Origin: an uncultured Acidobacteriota bacterium
GTDB lineage: Bacteria; Actinomycetota; Acidimicrobiia; Acidimicrobiales; SHLQ01
Direction of reading: 5' to 3'
Assembly: GCA_963732655.1 (NCBI GenBank)
Contig: CAVTAI010000006.1
Span: forward strand, 34,306-98,305
DNA length: 64,000 bases
Position 1 is the first letter of the stretch. The number at the start of each line of letters is the position of its first letter. The translations under genes were made by a program, and so were the position numbers. The notes beneath the pieces were generated by a model. That model did not search any database and was not told the origin of the DNA. It was given only the letters and a program-made list of their open reading frames with translations. Below, piece after piece: positions 54,660-63,436 of this stretch.

Positions 54660-55453
54660 ACCGCAGACTCATCGCCTGCGATGTCGACGGCACCCTGGCC
54701 CGCAGCGACGGCACCTTCAGCGACCGCACACGCGCCGCGCTCGCCGCCGCGAGCGCGGCCGGCCACATCGTGGTCATCGCCACCGGGCGCCCGTACCGCG
54801 TCGCCCTCCGGGCCGCCGAGGAGCTCGACGTCGAGTGCTACATGGTGTGCTCCAACGGTGCGATGGTCGTCGACGACACCGGCGCGACACTCGTCGACCA
54901 CTACCTGGGCACCGAGCTCGTGCCGGAGCTGGTGCCCCATCTGCGCACCCGGGTGGACCAGATCGCTTTCGGTTTCGAGTTCGAACGCGGCGTGCGGGCC
55001 GAGGCCGGCCTGGCCGAACGCCTCCCCCCCGGCGTGCCGCTGGGCGACCCGGTCGACGACATCTTGCACTTGCTGGAGCTCGGTCGACCGGTGCGCAAGC
55101 TGCTGGCCTGGACCAACGACGGCCTCGACCTCGGCCCGCTCCGCGACGTGCTGCTCGAGACGGTGGGTGAGCGAGGCCACGTGTCGAACACGGGGCTCGC
55201 CTTCATCGACATCGGGCCCGCCGGGATCACCAAGGCCGTGGCCCTCGACTGGTTGTGCGGACACTTCGAGATCGACGTCGACCGGTCCGTGGCGTTCGGG
55301 GACGAACGCAACGACCTCGAGATGCTGGCGTGGGCCGGGATGGGCGTCGCCGTCGCCAACGCGGTGTCGGAGGCCATCGCCGTCGCCGACCGAATCACGC
55401 TGTCGAACGACGACGACGGCGTCGCCGTGGTCATCGAGGAGCTGCTCAGCTGA
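54656..55453 (+). CDS. Cof-type HAD-IIB phosphatase
   Basis: DVDGTL motif I and GDERNDLEML motif IV. The GTG overlaps the P450 stop. Confidence 0.85.
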   Translation: MNRRLIACDVDGTLARSDGTFSDRTRAALAAASAAGHIVVIATGRPYRVALRAAEELDVECYMVCSNGAMVVDDTGATLVDHYLGTELVPELVPHLRTRVDQIAFGFEFERGVRAEAGLAERLPPGVPLGDPVDDILHLLELGRPVRKLLAWTNDGLDLGPLRDVLLETVGERGHVSNTGLAFIDIGPAGITKAVALDWLCGHFEIDVDRSVAFGDERNDLEMLAWAGMGVAVANAVSEAIAVADRITLSNDDDGVAVVIEELLS

Positions 55454-55474
55454 ACGGGCGAGATCTCGCTCAGC

Positions 55475-57004
55475 TCACGACTGGGCCCAGTACGGCGCCC
55501 GGAGCTGACGTTTGTTGACCTTGCCCATGGCCGACCGGCCGAGGTCGGCCACCACCTCGACCCGGCGCGGACACTTGTAGTGGGTCAGGCGATCGCGGCA
55601 CCACGCCACCAGCTCACCTGACTCCGGCGGGGCCTCCGGATCGGCGGCCATCACCAGCGCGATGAGCTCCTCGCCCATCTCGGCGTGGGGCACCCCGATA
55701 CACGCCACGTCGACGACCTCGGGATGTTGGATCAGGACCTGCTCGGCCTCGGCCGGATAGATGTTCACACCACCAGACACGACCATGTCCGAGAACCGAT
55801 CGGTGATGAAGACGTAGCCGTCGTCGTCGAGGTAGCCGATCTCGCCGAGGGTGAACACCCCAGGCGCGATGTGGGCGGCCGCCGACTTCTCGGGATCGTT
55901 GTGGTACACGATCCCGCGCCCCGTGGTGTCGCGGAAGAAGAGGCGGCCCTCCGTGTTCGGCGGAGCCGGCTGATCGTCATCGTCGATGACCAGGGCCTCG
56001 AACGGAGCGATCGCTCGACCCACCGAGCCGGGATGGGCCAGCCATTCCTCACTCGAGATCTGGCAGGTCGTGCCGGTCTCGGAGGCACCGTACGCCTCGA
56101 CGAACACCGGGCCCCACCAGTCGATCATGGCCCGCTTCACCGCCACCGGGCACGCGGCGCCGGTGTGGGACACGAGCTTCACGGACGACACGTCGTACCG
56201 GGCCCTGACATCGTCAGGCAGAGCGAGGAGCCGCACGAAGTGGGTGGGGACCATGACCGACGTCTCGATCCGGTAGGTCTCGATCGACGCCAACGTGGCC
56301 TCGGTGTCGAACCGGCCCTGGACCACGACCGGGATGCCGCCGGCCAGGAGTCGGGCGCCCGACAACGGCCCGGTGTGGTACATCGGGCCGACCACGAGGT
56401 GGGTGCCGAACGAGGCGAACCGGCTCGTGGCCAGGTTCGCCACGTGCTCGGTCATGGTGGCGCCACCAGCGAACAGGGTGGGCGGCTGCACGGTGCCCTT
56501 GGGCCGGCCGGTCGTGCCCGACGTGTAGATGAGCGGCGGCTGCGGGACGAGGTCGCTCGACGGTTCGGCGGGGTCGGCCCCGGCGAGCCAATCGTCCCAG
56601 CCCAAGACACCCTCGGTCGGCTCACACCCCCAGGCCACGACGGTGCCGACTCCGGCCTCGTCGGCTGCCGCGACCGCACGATCGATCGTGTCCGGCCCGG
56701 CGAAGATCACACTGACCCCGGCGTCGGCGAAGATGTACGCCGCTTCGGGCGCGGTCAGATGGAAGTTGGTCGGGACGTTCGAGGCGCCGGCGAACAGGCC
56801 ACCGAGGTGGGCGAGCGCGGTGTGGGCCGAGTTCTCGGCGAACAGCGCCACGCGATTCCCGTCGCCCAGACCACGCGCCAGGAGAGCGTTGACCGCCCGA
56901 TTCACGATGTCGTCGACCTCGGCCCACGTGAAGGCGTTCGCGGGGTCGCGCAGGGCAGTCTCGTCGGGGTGGTTGGACGCTTTGGCTCGGGCGAATGGGG
57001 GCAC
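55475..57004 (-). CDS. acyl-CoA synthetase / AMP-dependent ligase
   Basis: YTSGTTGRPKGT, GEIGYLDDDGYVFITDR, C-terminal GKVNKR. GAGGAG lies upstream of GTG 57004. Confidence 0.85.
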   Translation of the reverse strand: MPPFARAKASNHPDETALRDPANAFTWAEVDDIVNRAVNALLARGLGDGNRVALFAENSAHTALAHLGGLFAGASNVPTNFHLTAPEAAYIFADAGVSVIFAGPDTIDRAVAAADEAGVGTVVAWGCEPTEGVLGWDDWLAGADPAEPSSDLVPQPPLIYTSGTTGRPKGTVQPPTLFAGGATMTEHVANLATSRFASFGTHLVVGPMYHTGPLSGARLLAGGIPVVVQGRFDTEATLASIETYRIETSVMVPTHFVRLLALPDDVRARYDVSSVKLVSHTGAACPVAVKRAMIDWWGPVFVEAYGASETGTTCQISSEEWLAHPGSVGRAIAPFEALVIDDDDQPAPPNTEGRLFFRDTTGRGIVYHNDPEKSAAAHIAPGVFTLGEIGYLDDDGYVFITDRFSDMVVSGGVNIYPAEAEQVLIQHPEVVDVACIGVPHAEMGEELIALVMAADPEAPPESGELVAWCRDRLTHYKCPRRVEVVADLGRSAMGKVNKRQLRAPYWAQS

Positions 57005-57045
57005 GACGAGTCTCCTCGGGAGGGTCCGGACAGGTGATCGATCGG

Positions 57046-57498
57046 CTAGGACGGAATCGAGAACGGGCCCGACAGATCGCCGGGACCGCGATACAACACC
57101 CGCAGCCGTCGTGAGCCGAACAGCCAGCCGCGCTGCAGATCGCGCACGTACTCGTCGTCGTACCAGGCGAGCAGCACCTGCGCCGGCCCGCCCTCGGCTT
57201 TGGCGTGCTCCATGACGTACACCCGGCCCGTTGCCCTCGACCCGTCGACCACGGCGGTCGAGTTCATGGCGTTCTGCACCACGTTGGCGTACCGGCCCAT
57301 CGCGGCCGTCCACGTCTCCACGATGGTCGTTCGACCCGATACCTCCCCGCGGCCGAGGTCCCACACCGCGTCGTCGGACCATGTCGCGGACCACGCGTCG
57401 GCATCGCGCCGGCACACGGCATCGCAGTAGCGATGGATCAGATCGGCGATGGCGATCCGATCGGCGAGATCGGAACCGGTTGCGGTGTCGTCGGTCAT
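57046..57498 (-). CDS. SnoaL/NTF2-like protein
   Basis: DRIAIADLIHRYCDAVCRRD pattern. The ATG overlaps the upstream TGA. Confidence 0.75.
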   Translation of the reverse strand: MTDDTATGSDLADRIAIADLIHRYCDAVCRRDADAWSATWSDDAVWDLGRGEVSGRTTIVETWTAAMGRYANVVQNAMNSTAVVDGSRATGRVYVMEHAKAEGGPAQVLLAWYDDEYVRDLQRGWLFGSRRLRVLYRGPGDLSGPFSIPS

Positions 57499-58442
57499 GA
57501 GGTGCCTTTCGGGGGACGGTCGGTGAGGTCGACGAGCCGGCGCAGGAAGGTCTGGTGCAGGGCCGTCCCGATGGCGACCATGTTGGGGGCCCGGTTCTCG
57601 CCTCGCGCCAACACGGCCCCGCAGGTCAGGTTGGCGCAGGCGCCCTTGAACAGGTTGAACGCCTCCCAGTAGTGCCAGTCGGCGGGGGCGATGCTGACGT
57701 GCGCCACCCGCTCGAACACGGCACCCCACGAGTCCCTCGACATCGTGCGCGACCCTCGCATGGCGGCGCAGAAGACCCAGTCCTCTCGGACATCACCCAG
57801 GTGGGTGAACTCGAAGTCGGTCAACGCCACCACCTCACCGTCCCTGCCGAACAGGGCGTTGCCGGGGCCGGCGTCGCCGTGGACCACCGACACCTGGGGG
57901 CACGGCGGGGCGTGAAGATGCAGCCAGGCGGCCGCCTCCTCGAGCAGGGGCACGGGCACGACCGTCGCCGATCGGGCCACGGCGTGCCATCGCTCGACCT
58001 GCCCGTGGGTGGCGTCGGCCGGCGACGGTACGGCGTCGAACGCCAGCCCGGCGGGATCGACCGCGTGCACGGCCGCGAGGGCGCCGACGAGCGCTTCCGC
58101 GGCCCGGTCGTCGAGCGTGCGCTCGTCGGCCGATGGAGCGACGGAGGGCACGAAGTCCATGACGAAGAAGGGCTGCCCGATCACCGCACCCGAAGGCTCG
58201 GACCAGCGGACATGAGCGACCGGCACCCCTCGCTCGGCCAGGCCGGCCATGACGCGGAACTCCTCGGCGCTCGACGTGCCGAACACCCCGCCCTGCTCCA
58301 CCCGCGCCACGTACTCGGACCCGTCGTCGACGGACACACGCCACATGGCCCGGGAGTGGCCGGTCGCGATCCGGCTCAGCTCGACCACCTCGGTCGGCAC
58401 GCCCCGCCGCTCGCCGAGCCAGGCGGCCAGCTGGTCACGCAT
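57495..58442 (-). CDS. aminoglycoside-phosphotransferase-fold kinase (alternative start 58454)
   Basis: Catalytic loop VVHGDAGPGNALF and the Mg-binding segment LTDFEF. Confidence 0.8.
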   Translation of the reverse strand: MRDQLAAWLGERRGVPTEVVELSRIATGHSRAMWRVSVDDGSEYVARVEQGGVFGTSSAEEFRVMAGLAERGVPVAHVRWSEPSGAVIGQPFFVMDFVPSVAPSADERTLDDRAAEALVGALAAVHAVDPAGLAFDAVPSPADATHGQVERWHAVARSATVVPVPLLEEAAAWLHLHAPPCPQVSVVHGDAGPGNALFGRDGEVVALTDFEFTHLGDVREDWVFCAAMRGSRTMSRDSWGAVFERVAHVSIAPADWHYWEAFNLFKGACANLTCGAVLARGENRAPNMVAIGTALHQTFLRRLVDLTDRPPKGTS

Positions 58443-58974
58443 CAGCCGGCCCACCGCCGGGCCGCACGCCCTCGGGCAGGCGTCCGCGGAATCCGGGCAC
58501 GGTCGAGGCCGACCGCGCCAGATCGTCGTCGAGGTGGGCGACGAGCAGGGGCCGCAGCACCCGGCGCACCTCCTCGGCCTCGGCGCGGACGTCGGGCTGG
58601 GCGGCCGGCGCCGCGTCCGGATCGAGGGCCGACACGGCGTCGGCCAGCGCCCGGCCCGCGGCGGTCATGACCGCCAGGGCGTTCGGTTCACCGTCCCACG
58701 AGACGAAGCGGTTCCCGCCGAGTGACGACAGCGCCCCGGCCAGCTCGGCCACCCGGGCGGGGTGGGGGTCAGCGCCGCGCTCCCTCGCATAGGTGGCCAC
58801 GCCCATGAGCTGGAGCGCGGCCGATCGCGCCCACTCGTCGGTCAGCGCGGGCAGGATCACGTTGCGCAGGGTGTCGTCGACGCTGGCCCACAGATCGTCG
58901 TCGGACGGCCAGCTCGGATTGGCCGACGGATCCGCCGGCCGTGTCGGATTCGCCGGCCTGGTCGGGTCGCTCAC
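58435..58974 (-). CDS. hypothetical helical protein, translationally coupled to the kinase
   Basis: The GTG overlaps the upstream TGA. Pro/Thr-rich repeat PTRPANPTRPADPSANPS at the N-terminus. No motif recognised with confidence. Confidence 0.55.
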   Translation of the reverse strand: MSDPTRPANPTRPADPSANPSWPSDDDLWASVDDTLRNVILPALTDEWARSAALQLMGVATYARERGADPHPARVAELAGALSSLGGNRFVSWDGEPNALAVMTAAGRALADAVSALDPDAAPAAQPDVRAEAEEVRRVLRPLLVAHLDDDLARSASTVPGFRGRLPEGVRPGGGPADA

Positions 58975-60005
58975 GCGGTGCCGCCCGGGCGTGACGAGCC
59001 GCTGAGCCGGTCGGCCAGCGCCGCCTCCAGCTCGAAGTCGTAGGAGGACCGCCACACCGGGTCGACGAGGGCGTCCGAGCGGTCGGCCAGTCCCTCGGCC
59101 AGGAACCATTCGTAGGCATGCTCGTGACCGGACGCCAGGTGGAAACGCGGCGCTGGGAGCGAAGCCAGGTACTTCCCGGTGTCGAGCATGGCGTGGTGCC
59201 GCCGGCCGAAGAGGTGGCCGAAGACCGGTCGGTCGATCTCGGCGAGGGCCGAGTCGGGGACGGCGACGAGACGGGGTTCCGCCCCGACCACTGCGGCGAG
59301 CGTGGCCACGTAGCGGTTGACGTCGACCGAATCCGTGGTCACGTTGACCACCTCACCGATGAGGACGCCGCCCGAGGCGATGGACACCATCGCCGCGCCC
59401 AGGTCGTCGACGTGGCCGTAGCTGCCGACCACCAACCCACCGTGAGGAACGAGGATCGGCCGACCCTGCCGCAGCCGCAGGAACATGGCCGCTTCCATGT
59501 CGTAGATGTTGTTGCTCGGCCCGTAGATGGCGGCGGGTCGCACGATCGTGGCCGGGAAACCGCGGGTGCGGTGACGGGCGAGGATCGCCGCCTCGGCGAC
59601 CGCCTTGAACCCGCCGTAGGTGGACGGGCCGTCGGGGTTGGTCGGCAGGTCCTCGGTCCACGGGAACACACCTACCAGCGACTGGTCGTAGGCCATGATC
59701 GAGCTGACGTACACGTGGTGGCCGACCCGGCCGTCGAGCAGGTCGAGCAAACCGTCGATGTCACCACCACCCGCGGCCATCACGAACCCGGACACGTCGA
59801 ACGTGGCGTCCCACTCGGTACCGGCGAGGGCGGCTCGCATCTGTTCGAGGTCCGTGCGATCGGCCGTGAGCTGACGGACGTCATCGGTGAACGACGTGGG
59901 TGTGACGCCCCGGTTGAGGACCGTCACGTCGTGTCCCCCGGCCGCCAGCGTCTCGACGAGCCGCCGGCCGACGAAGACCGAGCCTCCGAGCACCAGCGCC
60001 TTCAC
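58971..60005 (-). CDS. NAD-dependent epimerase/dehydratase family protein
   Basis: VLGGSVFVGRRL Rossmann motif and YGGFK (YxxxK). Confidence 0.85.
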   Translation of the reverse strand: MKALVLGGSVFVGRRLVETLAAGGHDVTVLNRGVTPTSFTDDVRQLTADRTDLEQMRAALAGTEWDATFDVSGFVMAAGGGDIDGLLDLLDGRVGHHVYVSSIMAYDQSLVGVFPWTEDLPTNPDGPSTYGGFKAVAEAAILARHRTRGFPATIVRPAAIYGPSNNIYDMEAAMFLRLRQGRPILVPHGGLVVGSYGHVDDLGAAMVSIASGGVLIGEVVNVTTDSVDVNRYVATLAAVVGAEPRLVAVPDSALAEIDRPVFGHLFGRRHHAMLDTGKYLASLPAPRFHLASGHEHAYEWFLAEGLADRSDALVDPVWRSSYDFELEAALADRLSGSSRPGGTA

Positions 60006-61243
60006 CCGCCCTCCTCCGACAGTCCGGGCCACGGTCCGAGCACGACGCACTCCAGGTGGCCGTACCCGACGTCGGCCGGATCGTCGAGGTTCGTGATGCG
60101 GGCCCAGGTCTCGGCCCAGGCGTTACGAGGGCGGGCCCGGCCGGTCGGGTCGACGATCCGCGTGGGATGGGACACGTCCCACACCTCGCCCTCGATCAGG
60201 TGCTCGCCCCGGTAGACGCCCCGACCACGGCCGTCGGCGTAACCGTTCCAGTACCCCCCGCCCAGGCAGTACGCCGGGCCACTGAGGACCTCGAGGGCGA
60301 AACGCTCGGCACCACCGTCGATCCGCGTCAGCGACGCGCCGTGGTCTGGTCGAGTGAACTCGACCGTGCCGGCACGCATGCGGCGCAGCGGCGCACCACC
60401 GTCAGGATCGTCAACGAAGGTCACCGCGGCGTCGACATCCCTGTACGCCCACGACGGTCCGGGCTCGCCAGGGTCCGCACCCGCCTCGCCTTCAAGCCGA
60501 CCGAAGCCGGGCACGACCTGACTCTCGAAGCGGGTGACCTCGCCGTCGAAGCGGCGATGGAACTGCCAGAACAGCGCCCGGTCGGGCATGCGGAACATCG
60601 CCCACTGGCGCAGGCCGAGCGGCGGGTCGGGGTCGAGGGGGGCGGCGTCGGGGTGCTTCGGGCCGCCGACGCTGCCAACGCCCCAGGAGTGGTCGCGCAC
60701 CCCCGCCCAGCCCGACGGGTCGACACCGAACCGTCGCCCGTCGATCTCGATCCACCCAGTGACGTCACACGTCTGGTCGAAGTTCGAACGCTCGCTCACC
60801 AGTCGGCCGGCCCGGTAGTTGATGAGGTAGTCCTCGATGTAGGCCGGAGCGGTCCCCCGCCAGTCGAGCTCGAACGCGATGTGGTGGTCGTTGGGGGCAC
60901 ACGCCGTGCGGAGGTGGCGCAGCCCCTCGACGATGTCGACGGCGAGCGGCGGGCACGAGAGGTCGTCGTTGGCAGGCCGAAGACGGCGCGAGACGCGGAG
61001 GTTGTACTGCCGGCCGCCCGTGGACACGACGGCGAACCCGTCGAGCACGTCGTTGTTCGGGTACAGCCGGAACCCCATGAGGAGGAGCACCTCGCCGGCG
61101 TGATCGCCGAGGGCGAAGTAGTACCCGTCGCTCCAGTGCGGCGACGGGTTGGCCACGGTGTCGAACGTGGCCGCCGTCTGGTGGCGGGGCCACTCGTCGA
61201 GCGCGGTGAGCCGGAAGCGCAGTGACTCGTGATCGGTCGGCAC
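60002..61243 (-). CDS. conserved hypothetical protein (413 aa)
   Basis: GC3-rich codon usage, coupled by GTGA to the downstream gene. Contains RDHSWGVG. No family assigned. Confidence 0.65.
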   Translation of the reverse strand: MPTDHESLRFRLTALDEWPRHQTAATFDTVANPSPHWSDGYYFALGDHAGEVLLLMGFRLYPNNDVLDGFAVVSTGGRQYNLRVSRRLRPANDDLSCPPLAVDIVEGLRHLRTACAPNDHHIAFELDWRGTAPAYIEDYLINYRAGRLVSERSNFDQTCDVTGWIEIDGRRFGVDPSGWAGVRDHSWGVGSVGGPKHPDAAPLDPDPPLGLRQWAMFRMPDRALFWQFHRRFDGEVTRFESQVVPGFGRLEGEAGADPGEPGPSWAYRDVDAAVTFVDDPDGGAPLRRMRAGTVEFTRPDHGASLTRIDGGAERFALEVLSGPAYCLGGGYWNGYADGRGRGVYRGEHLIEGEVWDVSHPTRIVDPTGRARPRNAWAETWARITNLDDPADVGYGHLECVVLGPWPGLSEEGG

Positions 61244-61246
61244 TGG

Positions 61247-61774
61247 TCAGCCCCCCGCCCGCTCGCCGAGCTCGCGGGCGGTCACCTGGGCCCGCTCGCC
61301 GAGCTCGCGGGCGGTCACCTGGGCCCGCTCGCCGAGCTCGCGGGCGGTGTCCATGATCGACCGGTCGCCTCTCTCCCATTGCACGTTGAGCGTGATCGCG
61401 CGGAGCCGCCAGCCGTCGGGCCGGCGCACCAAGGTGTCGACGTAAAACCCGCCGACGGTGAAGATCTTCTCGCCGAGCACATGGTCGGCCACCACGTACA
61501 TCTCGCAGACCGCCTGGTCGTCGTCGATGCGAACCCGGGGGTTGGTCATCGAGTGCTGCGACGCGTCGAGACCCTGGAACAGCGGAATGAGGTTCGCGAC
61601 CCAGTCGTCGGCCGACACGGTTGCGGCCGGACGGCCGTTCCACGACGAGAAGTCGACAAGCACGTCGGTGTCGAAGATCGCCCGGTAGCCCTCCCAGTCG
61701 CGCCGATCGACCCCCCAGGCGTACGAGTAGACCGTCTCGACGACGGCCAACCGGTCCTCGGCCGAACCCCTCAT
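61247..61774 (-). CDS. SnoaL/NTF2-like protein with a repeated C-terminal tail
   Basis: LAVVETVYSYAWGVDRRDW pattern. The tail is TARELGERAQV twice plus TARELGERAGG. Confidence 0.75.
   Translation of the reverse strand: MRGSAEDRLAVVETVYSYAWGVDRRDWEGYRAIFDTDVLVDFSSWNGRPAATVSADDWVANLIPLFQGLDASQHSMTNPRVRIDDDQAVCEMYVVADHVLGEKIFTVGGFYVDTLVRRPDGWRLRAITLNVQWERGDRSIMDTARELGERAQVTARELGERAQVTARELGERAGG
61257..61348 (-). repeat. 33-bp in-frame tandem repeat, 2.8 copies, at the 3-prime end of the SnoaL gene
   Basis: gcccgctcgccgagctcgcgggcggtcacctgg at 61257-61289 and 61290-61322, then a partial third copy. Confidence 0.9.
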
Positions 61775-61834
61775 CGCGACAGGCCTCTCATCGCAACAGG
61801 CCTCTCATCGCGACAAGCCTCTCATCGCGACAAG
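61768..61834 (-). repeat. 17-bp tandem array (4 units) forming three ATGA-chained 6-codon mini-ORFs
   Basis: Minus-strand unit ATGAGAGGCYTGTYGCG. Mini-ORFs at 61805-61825, 61788-61808 and 61771-61791. Confidence 0.9.
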
Positions 61835-62961
61835 ATGGTGACGCCGCTGATGCCGGGCGCCCCGTAGACGTGGGTGTAGGCCACCTGTGGATCGCCCGGG
61901 ACCTGGCGCTCGCTGGCGTCGCCGCGCAGCTGCAGCACGTTCTCGTAGACCTGGCGCAACCCGGACGCGCCGATCGGCTCACCGTTGGCCAGGCATCCAC
62001 CGTCGGTGTTGACGGGGAGCCGTCCGCCGATCTCGGTCTCGCCCCGGGCGAGCATGGCTTCCTGCTCCCCGTGCTCGCAGAAGCCGTTCTCGGCCATGTG
62101 CATGACCTCCGCACCGGCCTCGGTGTCCTGCAGCTGGGCGACGTCGACATCGGAGGGGCCGAGGCCGGCCATCTCGAACGCGGCGAGCGATGCGTCGACG
62201 GTCGGGCCGGCGTTGGTCTCGACGGCGATCGACGGCGCCAGGACCTCGAAGCTCCCGAAGCGTCGCGTGCGCACCACGACGGACCGGAGGAACACGGGCC
62301 GGTCGCTGAAGTTGTGGGCCTGGTCGGCCCGGCACAACACCAGGGCCACGCCCCCTTCGCCCGGGTTGCAGAACATGTACTGCGTGAGCGGGTACGACAG
62401 CATCGTGGCCGAGAGGATCTCCTCCTCCGACAGGGGCTTGCGCCGCCACGCCATGGGGTTGAGCGCGCCGTTGCGGTAGGCCTTCGCCGCCACCTTGGCC
62501 AGGGACGCCGAGGTGATGCCGTGATCGTGCATGTACCGGTTGATCTTCATGGCGAAGAACTGCGTGGTGAGGGCGAGCCCCGAGGCGCCGTACCACTCGC
62601 CCTGGCCCCGGTTGCTCGGGGTGAAGGCGCCACGCTCGTGTTTGTCGAACCCGACCACGACACCGAGGTCGTAGAGGCCCGACTGGATGGTGTTGTAGGC
62701 CGAGAACAGGGCGCTACCACCGGTGGCGCACCCGTTGACGACGTTGACGAATTGCAATCCGGTGAGCCCGAGCTGGCCGACCATGCTGTCGGCGGATCCC
62801 GACGAATGGCTGCCTCCGACCGCGAACTGGATGTCGGCCCAGCCGATGCCGGCGTCGGCGAGCGCCCGGCGGACGGCGACGACTCCCTGCTCGATCCCGG
62901 TCACACCTTCGGTGCGGCCGAACGCGTGCATGCCGATGCCGACGATCGCCACATCGGTCAT
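61822..62961 (-). CDS. thiolase-like (lipid-transfer / SCP-x type) protein
   Basis: Thiolase-fold pattern (VVNGCATGGSA ... GGCLANGEPIGASG). Paired with a DUF35 gene. Confidence 0.85.
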   Translation of the reverse strand: MTDVAIVGIGMHAFGRTEGVTGIEQGVVAVRRALADAGIGWADIQFAVGGSHSSGSADSMVGQLGLTGLQFVNVVNGCATGGSALFSAYNTIQSGLYDLGVVVGFDKHERGAFTPSNRGQGEWYGASGLALTTQFFAMKINRYMHDHGITSASLAKVAAKAYRNGALNPMAWRRKPLSEEEILSATMLSYPLTQYMFCNPGEGGVALVLCRADQAHNFSDRPVFLRSVVVRTRRFGSFEVLAPSIAVETNAGPTVDASLAAFEMAGLGPSDVDVAQLQDTEAGAEVMHMAENGFCEHGEQEAMLARGETEIGGRLPVNTDGGCLANGEPIGASGLRQVYENVLQLRGDASERQVPGDPQVAYTHVYGAPGISGVTILSR

Positions 62962-63404
62962 GAGCCAGGCTCCTCAGCTACGGGTGCGAAGGCGAAGGTG
63001 ACGATGGTGTTGCCGTCGGCATCGGTCGAGAGCGGGACGAGGACGAGCTCCATCGGCATGCCGATGCGCAACCGATCCGGATCGCTCTCGGTGAGCCGGG
63101 CCTCGACGCGAACCTGGCCGGGGAGCTCGACGTAGCCGACGCCGAAGGGTTCGAAGTTCGCGGTGTCGCCTCGATAGGGCGGTGCCTTGGGGGCGAAGGC
63201 CTGCACCGTGAACGTCCACAAGGTGCCGCGTCGGGCCAGCTCGACCGTCTCGAGATCGGTCCCGGTGCACTTGGAGCAGCCGCTCGACACCGGAAACGTG
63301 TGCGTGCCGCACGCTGTGCACCGGCTGCCGAGCAGCGCTGGCTCGGGTCCGTCGGTGAAGACCCCCGGGTTCACCGGAACAGCGGTTGTGGTCTCCGGGG
63401 GCAT
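62958..63404 (-). CDS. Zn-ribbon / OB-fold (DUF35) protein
   Basis: C-x2-C ... C-x2-C ribbon (CTACGTHTFPVSSGCSKC). The stop overlaps the thiolase-like ATG. Confidence 0.8.
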   Translation of the reverse strand: MPPETTTAVPVNPGVFTDGPEPALLGSRCTACGTHTFPVSSGCSKCTGTDLETVELARRGTLWTFTVQAFAPKAPPYRGDTANFEPFGVGYVELPGQVRVEARLTESDPDRLRIGMPMELVLVPLSTDADGNTIVTFAFAPVAEEPGS

Positions 63405-63420
63405 GGAGCCGGATCGTAGC

Positions 63421-63436
63421 AAACTAACCGCGCGAT
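63421..63436. promoter_or_regulatory. AAACTAACCGCGCGAT word, 16 nt upstream of the DUF35 start
   Basis: Identical 16-mer to 38594-38609. Confidence 0.5.

Noticed and set aside
55447-55476. The imperfect palindrome cAGCTGAacggGCGAGatCTCGCTCAGCTc between the convergent HAD and ligase genes as a terminator.
   Set aside because: The inner stem would leave a 2-nt loop, so the usable pairing is short and bulged. It also overlaps both stop codons. The support is too weak for a feature call.
12022-61834. Tandem arrays at 12.0, 16.2, 30.2, 49.9, 61.3 and 61.8 kb considered as CRISPR arrays.
   Set aside because: The units are 14-33 bp and directly abut each other with no unique spacers. There are at most 4 copies, several arrays are in coding sequence, and no cas genes are present.
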